Origin: an uncultured Verrucomicrobiae bacterium
GTDB taxonomy: Bacteria; Verrucomicrobiota; Verrucomicrobiia; Chthoniobacterales; UBA10450
Assembly (NCBI GenBank): GCA_963772365.1
Contig: CAVYXA010000001.1
Coordinates: 544,001-608,000, forward strand
Length of the DNA: 64,000 bases
Direction: 5' to 3'
The notes beneath the pieces are model-generated. The model was not told the DNA's origin. It made no database searches and saw nothing but the letters and a program-made list of their open reading frames with translations. The translations under genes were made by a program, and so were the position numbers. The first letter of the stretch is position 1; every line of letters starts with the position of its first letter. This document shows positions 1 to 10,516 of the stretch, piece after piece.

Positions 1-14
1 CACAGGCTGAAAGT

Positions 15-990
15 CTATGTTCCGGCGAAGATCCTTAAGAACGCCACTTCGATGGCGAGCGCTTCCTGAATATTGCGGCCCGAGATGATCGCGTAATTCC
101 TCCACATAACCTATCCGGCGCAGGATCTCGGTGCTACTGAGTTGTTTGGCGATTATGCCGGTTTCCTTTCGCGCTTCGGGAAAATCCCGTCGATCAAGAT
201 CAGTCGCAGCGCGAAGAACGTCCGTCCACCAGCATAGCAGGACTTCAATGAGGTCAGCCCTTCGTTGCAAATAGCGGCTTTCGGAAAGCGCCTTGTAATA
301 TTGTTCTCGCTCTTCCAGCCAGACGCCATCCGTTGAATTGCGATAGCGTGCTTCCTCCATTTTCAATGCTTCGTCGGTGTTCGCTTTGATCTCTTCCCGG
401 ATCGATCGCAGCAGAAGCTGAAATTCTTGGGCCAATCGATAGGCAGACTGAACGCTCCACGATCTTTCTTTCGCCGATTCCCGGAGCAAGTCTACAAATT
501 TCATCTTGTCAGGATCGGATTGGGCGGCCCCGTTTGGAGAAAGAGAAATAGCGATGCACCGCGATACAATCGTGTCCGGCAACGCTTCAGGCAGGGCGCT
601 CAAGAGAAGCAGCAACGAATCTTTGGGAGGTTCTTCGAGTGTCTTGAGAAACGCATTGGCCGCCTGCGGCTGAAGCCGGTCCGCCTCGAAAATAATCGCC
701 ACCTTCAGGCGTCCGCCAATCGCACGCATTTGCAACGTGTGCTCCAGCTCGCGCACCTGCTCGATGACAATCCGTCGCGATTTCGATTCCGGTTCCGCGG
801 TGAAAACCTCGCGCGAATTGGCCGAGAAGATCTCATTCGCATCGGTCTTATTGACGAACCCAGCCAGTTCCGCGGCGAGCTGCCGCTTTCCACTGCCGGC
901 CGGACCCGAAATCAAATAGGCATGCGCAAGCCGGTTCTGGTCGTAAGCCCGCCGCAGATAATCGAGTGCTTTGTCTCGGGAAAAGGACAT
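15..990 (-). CDS. holB: DNA polymerase III subunit delta' (one apparent extra base near 80)
   Basis: Manual translation from ATG at 990: AHAYLISGPAGSGK, EADRLQPQAANAFLKTLEEPP, TIVSRC. The C-terminus RNIQEALAIEVAFL* (stop 15-17) is reached only after removing one base in the C run near 79-81. Directly downstream of tmk. Absent from the ORF track because the uncorrected frame runs off the window. Confidence 0.92.
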
Positions 991-991
991 T

Positions 992-1666
992 TCAGATTTT
1001 CGATTTTCGATTTTCGATTTTCGATTGCGACGCAAGCGCCGGAAATCGCGTCAAAAGTATTTGCCAGATTTCCTCGTCGATCTTCTCTGGCGACTGCGTG
1101 CCATCGATCAGCATCACCCGCTTGGGCTCACGAACGGCAAGCTCGCGATAAGCTTCACGCACTCGCTCGTAAAACTCGGCTGGCTGTTGTTCCATTCGAT
1201 CGGATCTGCGCGGTTGTTGGCGCATTCTTGTTTCTGCCGTCTCCGCATCGACATCGAGAACAAATGTAATATCCGGAATGCAGTCCCCGATCGCGAATGC
1301 ATTCAACTGCTCAACCATTTGGCGATCCAGTTTCCGCGCGGCGCCCTGGTACACAGTGGTTGAATCAAAAAAACGATCGGCGATTACGCAGACGCCGCGT
1401 TCCAGCGCCGGTTGGATCACTTCGCGCACAAGCTGACTCCGGCTCGCTTCAAACAAAAGCAGCTCGCACTCCGGCGTCATCGCGCTGTTATGCGGCGCGA
1501 ATTGAATCAGTTCCCGAATGCTTTCTCCGATCGGCGTGCCGCCCGGCTCGCGAGTCACCAGAAATGGAACGCCAAACTTTTCCAGACGCCTCGCCAGTCG
1601 CCGCACCTGCGTAGATTTCCCGCAGCCTTCCGATCCTTCAAATGTGATGAATGGCAAGCGCTCCAT
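992..1666 (-). CDS. tmk: Thymidylate kinase
   Basis: FITFEGSEGCGKST P-loop, TREPGGT, ADRF, YQG motifs. Confidence 0.97.
   Translation of the reverse strand: MERLPFITFEGSEGCGKSTQVRRLARRLEKFGVPFLVTREPGGTPIGESIRELIQFAPHNSAMTPECELLLFEASRSQLVREVIQPALERGVCVIADRFFDSTTVYQGAARKLDRQMVEQLNAFAIGDCIPDITFVLDVDAETAETRMRQQPRRSDRMEQQPAEFYERVREAYRELAVREPKRVMLIDGTQSPEKIDEEIWQILLTRFPALASQSKIENRKSKI
995..1026. repeat. Heptamer tandem repeat (GATTTTC)n encoding the Tmk tail SKIENRKSKI
   Basis: gattttc gattttc gattttc gattttc gatt visible directly. Confidence 0.9.
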
Positions 1667-1820
1667 GATGTCGATCTTGAAGTAAATCGACGGCGATGTC
1701 GAACCCGCTGTAGCCCCGAATGCTTTCGGGGCTGTCCACAGCGGATGAATCGAATTGCCAGATTACGATGACGATGCGCTCAGGAAAGCGCACTCTACAA
1801 CCCGAACTGTTGCTTGCCGC

Positions 1821-4009
1821 CTAGGGCAAACCCGTGCCGATTTTCGATTTCAGGAGCGCAATGTCCACTGAATCGATAAAGCCGTTGGCAGTCACGTCGG
1901 ACCGGAAATTTGTCTGATTCATTTGTTGACCGATCCGCGATTTCGTCTGAACCAGATCGGAGGCGTTGACTGCGCCGTTCCCGTTCGTGTCACCGACGAG
2001 GATCGACATCGGAATTACGAAATTTGTCGAACCGTTCACACCATACAGTGTCACTTGAATGGTCTCTGCGTTAGCGACACTGGTGAGTGGAATGACCACA
2101 ATATTTCCGCTTACCTGAACCACGCCGCCATTGCCAACGCCGTTGCTTCCGACGGTTCCGACCCCTGACGTGACTGCTGCCTGCGGGCTACCGTTAATTG
2201 TTACGGTAGCTGAAAAAGTTATCACCATGGTATAATCGCTTGTGTTTCCGCCACTGCGGCATTCGATGCCATGCGCTCCATCTAACGGAAGAGAGATGTC
2301 AAAATCAGCAACAACGCCGTGCCTTTTTCTCGAAACAGCGCTCTGCAATGTAGGCAGCGGCGTCGCCGCGTAGTAAACTCCACCTGAATTCAAGTAGTCG
2401 TAGTTGTTGCCGACATAGTAGCCGCCGCCCCAGATCACCATTTTATCGCCAGTCCACACCGCCGTGTGTGAGTCCCGGGCATGGGGCACATTCAAGGTGC
2501 TCGTGGCTGTCCAGCTATCCATCCCAGGATCGTATCTGCCACCGGTGTCGAAATCCAGCCCGGGGCTGCAGCAGACACCGCCCCAAACGATCATTTCGCT
2601 GCCCGTCCACACCGCAGTGTGAGAATCTCGGCCAGAGGGGGCGTTGAATGTGCTAATCGCACTCCAGCTATTCGCGGAAGGACTGTATCTAGCTCCCGTG
2701 TCATAATCGTTGAGGTTCGAATCCAACCCACCCCAGATGATCATTTCGTTGCCGCTCCAGATACTTGTGTGAGCGAACCGGCCACCGGGCGCGTTCGCAG
2801 GACCTAGTAGCCGTCCAGCTATCCGTCGTCGGATTGTACTTGCCACCAGTGTTGAGCGCAATCGTTTGATTCGTCCCGCCCCAGACGACCATTTCACCGC
2901 CCGTCCACTCAACCGTATGATACCATCGTCGTTCTGGCGCGTTTGTTGTGCTCATCGCAACCCAGCTATCGGTCGCCGGATTGTATTTGCCGCCAGTGTT
3001 GTACCAGGTGGAGTAATCGTAGCCACCCCACACGATCATCTCAGTGCCGGTCCAGGCAGCACTGTGTAAGGCTCGCCCTATAGGTGCATTGACAATGCTG
3101 ATAGCCATCCAGCCATCATCGATAGGATCGTACTTCGCTCCCGTGTTAAAAAATTCGCCATTAGCGCCACCTCCCCAGACGATCATTTCACTCCCAGTCC
3201 ACACGGCAGTGTGAAGCCACCGGGGGGTAGGTGCATTTATGGTACCTGGTAGGTGTCCAAAGATCAGTCGTGGGATCGTATCTCCCTCCGGTGTTCAGGT
3301 TATGCCAACCGTTGTTAAGAAAAGCTCCACCCCATATTATCATTTCACTCCCGGTCCAAATTGCCGTGTGCCCGCTGCGGGCGTCCGGAGCACTCGCGCT
3401 AGTGGTAGCCGTCCACATGTTGCCTGCGCTGCCGGTCGGTACGACGATTTTCGGGAGCCTGTAAATGAAATTCCTCGAATCGTAGGGCGAAGGTGTTGTT
3501 CGGTCTATTGCTGCACTCCTTCGATTTTTGACGTCACGAATTAGGCGGTCTGTTACAACTGGCATGGCCAAACACTGTGCAATGAGAAAGGGATCATTGC
3601 CGAGTGCCTCAAATAACTCGCGTAACATCTCAGGGCGCTTGGTGTGACTGGCCATGCGATTGATCTCTCCCTGCAGCTCGCTGGTGGTGACTGACCACCC
3701 GCGGTGATCACTGATGAATTGTGACTGATGTAGATAATCCCTCACCTTCTGCTCAAGCCGCTCGCGCGAGATCACAGCATCTAGCGGAGGTTTTGCGCTT
3801 GCATTCCCCCTCGGCCAAATCCGATGTCTCCAATAAACCTCTTCGATCGCTTTCTGGTAAGTCACGCGATCGGCGAACGACAGTGTTCTGGGGGCATTGT
3901 CCTCCGGCGCTTTCGTGCCGGAGGACGTAAACTCAGGCAGCTGAGCATGCAGCGCGCCTATCCCCATCAGGCATATACCCGCCAGACGGAAAGCGTCAGT
4001 CAGGTGCAT
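1821..4009 (-). CDS. Secreted Kelch-repeat beta-propeller protein with C-terminal Ig-like + dockerin-like module; split by two apparent +1 indels (~3246, ~2803)
   Basis: Three overlapping ORFs (3188-4009, 2701-3204, 1821-2912) carry continuous repeats HTAVWTGSEMIVWGG...NTGGRYDP; signal-peptide-like N-terminus; GDTNGNGAVNASD...SDVTANGFIDSVD tail. Confidence 0.85.
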
Positions 4010-4013
4010 TTGC

Positions 4014-5075
4014 TCAATTGCAAGAGGGATCAGGCTCGAGGTAAAGATAGACGTGATTATCGTCGTAAGTGATTGTCGGCGTAAAGCAGTTGCCGCTGGC
4101 GCCCTTGATTGAAACGATCGCGAACCTTGTGCTGTTCAGCCCGCCGCTCGCCTGCAGAAGAGTATAGGTCGTGCCAGCCGTGAAGGTACCGGTCATCGTC
4201 ACCGAGATACGTGCTCCAGTTAGCGATGCCGCACCTGAAACCGTGATATTATCCGCACCACTCGGCACAATGCTGCATTCGAGTGTAGCAGCGTGGCCGG
4301 AAAATGTCAGATCGCCAACGATGGCGAGCGTTCCACCACTTGGTGTGAGCGTACCCTCGACGGTCGTTCCGCTCGTTGCGGTGACAGTGCCGTTGCCGGT
4401 CAACGTACCGGACTCGTACACATGAACATTTACTGCGTTAACCATCCCATCGTTGGTGACGGTTAAGAGGCCAGTTCCGCCAGCACTGCTATTGGTTCCG
4501 CCGACAAACAAGTTCCCGTTACTGGTAACCGTCCACGTTGACTTTCTTCCATCTGGGTTTGTACCATCCACGGTTGTCGAGCCGCTCGATCCCGAATCTG
4601 CTGCGATATCCGCACCTACAGGCGTGGTAACAAGCCCGCCATTCTTAATTGTCAGCACGCCTTTGCCGTCGTAGCCGACATGCATCTCGCTGCACATGTC
4701 CAGGGTAGCATGATCTACAGACAGGTTGCCAGACTGCCCAGAATCCTTGCCAAGAAACGTCTCGCAGGCGTGAGCGGTCTGACTCAGCCCGCTAATTTGA
4801 GCCGTGCCACCGTTATTGATGTCCGCCTCGATCGTGCCTCCATCTTCGGGACAAGCGTTGCTGGCGCAAGCAGGCACGAAGTCGTGGTAGGGAGCCCAGT
4901 TCGACGGGTTGAACCAATCGCCTGCGCCGGCGTTGTCCCAAGACCTTATACAGCCACACAATGCGGCAGCGCGACTGCCTTGTGAGCTGAAAAGCACCAA
5001 GGCGGCTACGGTGAGTAGAATTATAGTTTTCGAAGAGAGTTTTGGTGCCCTTTGTGAAGCGGATTTCTTTTTCAT
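4014..5075 (-). CDS. Secreted Gly/Thr-rich beta-strand-repeat (autotransporter passenger-like) protein, no beta-barrel
   Basis: MKKKSAS leader and hydrophobic signal; WFNPSNW; VGYDGKGVLTIKNGG and VGGT..GTGLLTVTNDG repeats; GTLTGNGTV. Confidence 0.7.
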   Translation of the reverse strand: MKKKSASQRAPKLSSKTIILLTVAALVLFSSQGSRAAALCGCIRSWDNAGAGDWFNPSNWAPYHDFVPACASNACPEDGGTIEADINNGGTAQISGLSQTAHACETFLGKDSGQSGNLSVDHATLDMCSEMHVGYDGKGVLTIKNGGLVTTPVGADIAADSGSSGSTTVDGTNPDGRKSTWTVTSNGNLFVGGTNSSAGGTGLLTVTNDGMVNAVNVHVYESGTLTGNGTVTATSGTTVEGTLTPSGGTLAIVGDLTFSGHAATLECSIVPSGADNITVSGAASLTGARISVTMTGTFTAGTTYTLLQASGGLNSTRFAIVSIKGASGNCFTPTITYDDNHVYLYLEPDPSCN

Positions 5076-5124
5076 AGTTCTCATCAGAGATTAAGGTTTG
5101 CGGAGATCAGAGTTTCAAGCCCTG

Positions 5125-5154
5125 CTTGTAGCGCCCCCCCCTCAACAAAATCAA
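5125..5154 (-). promoter_or_regulatory. Putative sigma70-type promoter (TTGATT-18-TACAAG)
   Basis: Spacing and position parallel the promoter-like sequence upstream of the 8670 gene. Confidence 0.35.
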
Positions 5155-5363
5155 GCTTTTCTTTTCACAAGTTGTCTTGATCGATGTGTTGATGTTTCGC
5201 CCTTCCAGTCCGGTGTTGGAGCCACTAGCATCTCAGTCGCTGCATTCCAGTGCCGATGCTGGATTTCACGATCTGCTGTCATAACGGATCAATCGAATCG
5301 CCAGATCACTTCAGGATGCGCTCAGGAGAGCGCACTCTACAACCCGAACTGTCATTTGCCGCC

Positions 5364-5453
5364 CTATGGCAGACCGGTGCTGATTTTCGATTTCAGGAGC
5401 GCAATGTCCACCGAATCGATAAAGCCGTTGGCAGTGACATCGGAGAGGAAGTT
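5364..5453 (-). pseudogene. Orphan 3' end of a dockerin-tailed gene (NFLSDVTANGFIDSVDIALLKSKISTGLP*)
   Basis: Near-identical to the last 30 codons of the 1821 gene; downstream non-coding DNA is also duplicated (5285-5453 vs 1742-1910). Confidence 0.85.
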
Positions 5454-5474
5454 ACCGGAATCACTTTGCCCACA

Positions 5475-5772
5475 CGTCATTTCATCAAATGAGTCGAGGA
5501 ACCCTGTGGCGTGCTCTGTTTGTCATGTTGAGCGAAGCGAAACATCTCAAATCATTGGCTTGTCACGCTTACTTTAAATGATCGGAGATTGAACTCGTTC
5601 CTCTCCCGACTCACTCGCCGCTACCCTTGCGGCCTTACAGTCCATGTCGTTGACTCGCGATCTCCCGATCCGCTCGGTCGGATTCCCATCGACCAATGCA
5701 GTCCATCCTCCGGCTTCCCAGCACGGTGTATTCATCCCATTCGCTCCATTCTTCGCTCCTCTCAGAATGACA
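5475..5772. repeat. Cluster of GTCAT...ATGAC-type REP-like palindromes
   Basis: tgtcatgttgagcgaagcgaaacatctc at 5521 has an inverted near-copy at ~31979-32014; cttcgctcctctcagaatgaca at ~5750 resembles 9235-9317 and ~10470-10503. Confidence 0.7.
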
Positions 5773-5847
5773 AGAGAATGCTTTTCGCGCTCCCCACCTG
5801 CTTTATCCTCAGGCTTTGCGCCCCAACGCCGTTCATAGAAGAGCCTG

Positions 5848-8670
5848 CTACGGCAGATTCTGTTTGATTATCGTGATGTCGGCTGAGTTGATGCCGCCGC
5901 TGGCGTTTACATCCGAACGAAAATTAGATGCAGTGATTGGCTGGCCAATCCGCCCTTTGGTTTGAGCGACATCAGCCGAGCTCACGCTGCCGTTGCCATT
6001 GGTATCGCCGATGAGAATGCTTATCGGGGTCGTGAAATCCGTCGCTGGTGTGTCAGCTGCACTGTTCACGCCATTTATCCGGACATTGATCGTCTGCGCA
6101 TCCGCAATGTTCGTTAACGGAACAGTGACCGCGTTGCCGCTAACGGAAACGTTTCCATTACAAACACCGCTAATGCCAACGCATCCTGTACCCAATGTCA
6201 CCTCTGCCTGCGGGTTACTGTTGACGGTGACATTGCCGGAAAATGTCACCACCATCGTGTAGTCATTCGTTCCGCCTGTGGTTCGGCATTCAATTCCGGG
6301 CATGCCAGTGAGCGGAAGATCGACATCGAATGCGCCGGCACCGCCATGGGTCTTTCGAGAAACGGCGCTGGCGATCGTTGCCGTGCACGGCGCAACAGCA
6401 TAAGTGTGGCAACTGTTCGGCGGAGGATCGCCACAGAAGTCCTGCGTATAGAGCCCGTTGGGCCCCTGCGCGCCGCCGACAGACGGATTAAGACTACCGT
6501 TGAGCGGGCCGTAGATGACATCGAAGCGGGACTGCCCTTCATACAGGCGGACTTCGAATTGCTGCGTGGCGCTGCTGTCGCCAAACAGCACGGTGTGCCA
6601 CTCCATGTTGAAAATGCGGTTAGGCGGACTGCCGCTCACGGAAGTGAACACACCACAGCCATTCGAAAAATTGGAACAGCCCGAGCCAGCGTCGGTGCGG
6701 AGATCATTCCACAGCGGGAAGATCGTGTAGTCGTATGGGCAGATATTCGGCGGTGCTGGCAGACAGGAACTGGGAACGCCATCGGGTTCGTTGATGCAGG
6801 CGAAGTCGAGCCGCCCGTTAGAACTGACTCTCACCTGATTGAAGATTTGATCATACAACCCAACGCTAAATGGAACCGTGACAACCGTATCGCAATCGTC
6901 GCAGTGATTGCCCGTATCCACAACGCCGGGCACGATGGAGCAGTTCGATTGCGTAATCACATATTGGTTGGGCACGCACACGCTCGGTTCGCGATCAAAA
7001 TAGGCATCCGGCTGGGAGGCGCCGTTGATCGGGTTGCGTCCATCCACCCACGCGTGCATGTGCACGTTGAGCACATTGTTGCTGTAGTCGTAATCACTGA
7101 CGTAGTTCGGGATAATGTTCGGGTCGGGAAGTGGCAGCGGACTCACAACATCCGAGAATGGCATATCGGGCTGCCAGGTCACACCGCCGTCCGTCGATTT
7201 ACGCGCCCACATTCGATAGCATGGAGTGCTCGGACTCGACGGCTGACAACCGAGCGACGAGCGCTCGCGCTCGTCGTACCACACGGCGAGGAGACTATCA
7301 TCCGAACCGACGGAGAGATTCGGTTCCCACTGAGCTTTGTCGGGAGCGCCATCGGTGTTCAACATGAAAGGTGCACTGAAAGTCGCGCCGCCGTCTGTGG
7401 AACGGATGTAAAATATATTGCCCGGATCGCCGTTGCTGGTAGGACACCCGCCCGCACCGCACGCCGCATAGACGTAGTGAACGATGTTGTTGCGAGCAGC
7501 CGGTTGACCCCAACCCATGTACCGCCAGAAAGCGGGATTATCGAACATGTCAGCGAAATATCCCACGGCGGTACGGCACGGACCGACGAAAGCAGGTCCG
7601 GTGTAGGAATTGCTCCAAGTCACGCCACCGTCGGTGGACTTGTAGAGAACGTTCTGGCGCGTGCCGCCGCAGCCACCACCGCCCTCATTCATTGTCATCA
7701 GGTAAACGTTGCCGTTGGTCGGATCACCGGTGAGCTGAACATTGCGGATGAAGGTTGCGTTGATCTGCACCGGATTCCAAGTCGCGCCAGCATCACTGGA
7801 CCAGCGCACATATAATGCGCCGCCGCCAATGTTAAAGTCGTTGTACGAAACATACATCCGGCCATAGAAAGGCGAGCTCGGGTTGTTATCCAACCACCCC
7901 GACGCGCGATCGATTGAATTGGAGCCGGTGGCAACGCAAAAATGTGTCCAGCTTGTGACGTCGCCCGGAGTAGTCGTTTTGTATCCGCCAAGGCCACCGC
8001 AGAAGGTGTAGTCAGCCCAAATCGTAAACCACGTCTGGCTTGGACGATGGTAGAGAGCGATAGGATTGCCACCGGTCCCGGCGAACGGGCTCTGGCCGTC
8101 GCTGCCTGTCAGGCGTACAAAAGTGTTGCCGCCATCAGTTGACCACGATGCGCCGGAACCGTTGGTCGGGTTTTGGTTGGCGCCGCGCAAATCGTCATAC
8201 GCTACCAGCATCTCGAGCGGGTTATCCGGATTGCCCACCGCGAAAGTCGTCGACTGGGTAACGTGCGGAGAGGTCTCCGCGCCAGTGATCAGGTTCACAT
8301 CAGTGGCGCCATAGACCAAAGGATAGACCAGTTTTTTATAGGAATCGCTTAGCGAGCCAAGCAGGGATTTCCAAACCGAAGCGCGCGAATCTCCCTCAGC
8401 TTCGCCACAGGCGACCATGATTGCCCCAGCCCGCATATTCAGTTGCTTGTCGATGCCGAACTTCTCGATGTTCGCACAGTCGAACGGAACTGGAACGAGC
8501 GGATTATCGGAGTGCGTGATGACAACGGTTTTGTGTTGTCCCTTGGCAAAGCCTTGCGCAAGCAGACCGGAACCGGCGAGCGCCAGAAAGACCGCGGCCA
8601 GTACGAAACCAAGCCCAGTGAGAACACGCAGGTTAAAGAAAGCAGATCGCGAGGCGGATTTCTTTTTCAT
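5848..8670 (-). CDS. Secreted BNR/Asp-box (sialidase-fold) protein with C-terminal Ig-like + dockerin-like module
   Basis: Five S(T/S)D(G/A)GxT(W/F) Asp-boxes; MKKKSASRSAFFNLRVL leader; SAVSRKTHG...GDTNGNGSVSSAD tail. Confidence 0.85.
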   Translation of the reverse strand: MKKKSASRSAFFNLRVLTGLGFVLAAVFLALAGSGLLAQGFAKGQHKTVVITHSDNPLVPVPFDCANIEKFGIDKQLNMRAGAIMVACGEAEGDSRASVWKSLLGSLSDSYKKLVYPLVYGATDVNLITGAETSPHVTQSTTFAVGNPDNPLEMLVAYDDLRGANQNPTNGSGASWSTDGGNTFVRLTGSDGQSPFAGTGGNPIALYHRPSQTWFTIWADYTFCGGLGGYKTTTPGDVTSWTHFCVATGSNSIDRASGWLDNNPSSPFYGRMYVSYNDFNIGGGALYVRWSSDAGATWNPVQINATFIRNVQLTGDPTNGNVYLMTMNEGGGGCGGTRQNVLYKSTDGGVTWSNSYTGPAFVGPCRTAVGYFADMFDNPAFWRYMGWGQPAARNNIVHYVYAACGAGGCPTSNGDPGNIFYIRSTDGGATFSAPFMLNTDGAPDKAQWEPNLSVGSDDSLLAVWYDERERSSLGCQPSSPSTPCYRMWARKSTDGGVTWQPDMPFSDVVSPLPLPDPNIIPNYVSDYDYSNNVLNVHMHAWVDGRNPINGASQPDAYFDREPSVCVPNQYVITQSNCSIVPGVVDTGNHCDDCDTVVTVPFSVGLYDQIFNQVRVSSNGRLDFACINEPDGVPSSCLPAPPNICPYDYTIFPLWNDLRTDAGSGCSNFSNGCGVFTSVSGSPPNRIFNMEWHTVLFGDSSATQQFEVRLYEGQSRFDVIYGPLNGSLNPSVGGAQGPNGLYTQDFCGDPPPNSCHTYAVAPCTATIASAVSRKTHGGAGAFDVDLPLTGMPGIECRTTGGTNDYTMVVTFSGNVTVNSNPQAEVTLGTGCVGISGVCNGNVSVSGNAVTVPLTNIADAQTINVRINGVNSAADTPATDFTTPISILIGDTNGNGSVSSADVAQTKGRIGQPITASNFRSDVNASGGINSADITIIKQNLP

Positions 8671-8702
8671 GGAATTTCGGTTTAGCTGGAAGTGAAGCTC
8701 CG

Positions 8703-8732
8703 CTTATACCGGAAAAATCAGCATCGCGTCAA
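8703..8732 (-). promoter_or_regulatory. Putative sigma70-type promoter (TTGACG-18-TATAAG)
   Basis: Near-consensus hexamers ~35 nt upstream of ATG 8670. Confidence 0.5.
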
Positions 8733-8794
8733 TGCTGTGTTTCCTAATCGCAAGATGCGACTTCAAAGAATTCGTGAGAAGTTGCTCGTCTCGC

Positions 8795-9244
8795 ATGAAC
8801 AACTTTTGGCTGGTGAAACAGGAACCGAGCGCTTACTCGTGGTCGGATTTTGTTTCCGAAGGAAAAACCGCCTGGACCGGTGTCCGCAATTACACGGCGC
8901 GAAATAATCTGCGAAAAATGCGCAAGGGAGATGAGGTTCTCTTTTATCACAGTGGTCCGCCTTCGCGCGAGGCTACGGCGCGACAAGTGACGAAAGCCGT
9001 CGTCGGAATTGCAAAAGTCGTGCGCACCGGGTACCGCGATAAGACCGCGAAGGAAGGCGACTGGAGCGCTGTCGATCTTGTGCCGGTCAAAGCGTTGCGC
9101 AGGCCAGTCACGTTGCATGAGATCAAAAAGACGTCGGGACTTAAGAACATGCCGCTCATTCGCCAGTCGCGATTGTCGGTTATGCCAGTGAGCGCAGAGG
9201 AATTTCAAACCATTCTGAAAATGGGCGCTGCTCCATCATCCTGA
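8795..9244 (+). CDS. EVE domain protein (with 11-aa in-frame palindrome-derived insert)
   Basis: WLVKQEP..YSWSD, WTGVRNYTARNNLRKM..GD..LFYHS, RQSRLSVMPV. Confidence 0.92.
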   Translation: MNNFWLVKQEPSAYSWSDFVSEGKTAWTGVRNYTARNNLRKMRKGDEVLFYHSGPPSREATARQVTKAVVGIAKVVRTGYRDKTAKEGDWSAVDLVPVKALRRPVTLHEIKKTSGLKNMPLIRQSRLSVMPVSAEEFQTILKMGAAPSS

Positions 9245-9358
9245 GCGGAGGGAAGGATCTCGCGGAATTAGCTTTAAGCTCGCGATTCGGGATCCCTCGA
9301 CTTTGCTCGGGATGACAGGGAGAGCAGGCTTGCGACGGTCATAGACCGCCGCTACAAA
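9235..9358. repeat. REP-like doublet plus cgacggtcatagaccgccgctaca repeat
   Basis: catcctgagcggagggaaggatct...gatccctcgactttgctcgggatgac inverted pair; the cgacggtcatagaccgccgctaca motif recurs at ~45693-45714. Confidence 0.75.
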
Positions 9359-9367
9359 GGAGAGAGA

Positions 9368-10177
9368 ATGGAATCGGCAGCAGCCATGGAATTCCTGCCG
9401 GTCGCGGCCGCACCCAGTGTGTCCCGCAATTTTTTCGTTGTCTCTCTTCATGATGTCGCGCCGTCAACTCGAGAGATTACCGAAAAAATTCTCGGCGAAT
9501 TGAAACAGATCGGCGTCCGCTCCTGTTCGCTGCTTGTTGTTCCGGATTATCATCACCAGGGAGTTGCTACCGAGGATCGAGAATTTGTTTCGTGGCTACG
9601 CAATCTCGAGGCCGCCGGTCACGAAATTGTGCTTCATGGGTATTTTCACGAGCGAACACGACGACGAAACGAGAGCATGCGCGATAAATTGCTGACTCGT
9701 GTTTACACGCAGGATGAAGGCGAATTTTACGACATCGATTATGCTGAGGCGCTTCGGCGAATTAACGCGGGCCGTGATCAATTGCGCATGAGTGGCCTAA
9801 ATCCAGTCGGCTTTGTCGCACCGGCCTGGCTGCTGAGCAAAGAAGCCGAGCGGGCTGCTCGCGACGCCGAGATGGAATACACCACCGGGCTGCGAACGGT
9901 GCGCGATCTGCGCTCCGGCGAGAACTTCGCGACCCGATCAATCGTTTACAGCGTTCGAAATCACTGGCGTCGCGTGGTCAGTTGTCGATGGAATGCCACG
10001 CTGTTCCGGCTTTTGCGCGGCAATCCGCTTTTGCGGATCAGTATTCATCCGCCCGATTATTCGCATCCGAGGATTTGGCAGCAGATTGTCGATCTTGTGC
10101 AGAAAGCGGCCGAATCAAGAACAGTCACGACCTATCAAGGCTGGATCAGCGAACAACGATTGAGACGCGGAATCTAA
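9368..10177 (+). CDS. Polysaccharide deacetylase-like protein (DUF2334-type)
   Basis: VSLHDVAP, EIVLHGYFH, GFVAPAW, RISIHPPD motifs. Confidence 0.85.
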   Translation: MESAAAMEFLPVAAAPSVSRNFFVVSLHDVAPSTREITEKILGELKQIGVRSCSLLVVPDYHHQGVATEDREFVSWLRNLEAAGHEIVLHGYFHERTRRRNESMRDKLLTRVYTQDEGEFYDIDYAEALRRINAGRDQLRMSGLNPVGFVAPAWLLSKEAERAARDAEMEYTTGLRTVRDLRSGENFATRSIVYSVRNHWRRVVSCRWNATLFRLLRGNPLLRISIHPPDYSHPRIWQQIVDLVQKAAESRTVTTYQGWISEQRLRRGI

Positions 10178-10259
10178 CCACATAAATATATGTTGAATTT
10201 ATCCAACACGTTTGGAGTGATTTGCGGCGCGAGGGTAACAGCATTGCATGGAAATCTGG

Positions 10260-10383
10260 CCCTCACTGCCGCGCTGCGCGCGTGCGTCTCTCCCACCGGG
10301 AGAGAGCAACTCCGGCAACTTTGCTACGCACAAAGCGATCCTCTCTCCCGCTGGGAGAGACGGACGCGAAGCGCCAGTGAGGG
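10260..10383. repeat. Inverted-repeat doublet (ccctcac...tctcccaccgggagag / ctctcccgctgggaga...gtgaggg)
   Basis: Arms are reverse complements; intergenic. Confidence 0.75.
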
Positions 10384-10516
10384 GGGAAACCGACTAGGAA
10401 GATGCAAACATCCTCATTGGCAGCAAACCGAAACATCTCCGACTATTTCCGTGGAGCAAAAGATCAGAGATTCTGCTCCGGCGGCCCCCGGATCAGAATG
10501 ACAGGAATAGGCTTGC

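Noticed and set aside
427..1269. 280-aa plus-strand ORF
   Set aside because: Antisense shadow of holB and tmk with no recognisable motifs.
6346..7815. 489-aa plus-strand ORF
   Set aside because: Antisense shadow of the BNR-repeat gene, typical of GC-rich codon bias.
1821..8670. Cellulosome
   Set aside because: Dockerin-like tails only; no cohesin scaffoldin or cellulase domain recognised.
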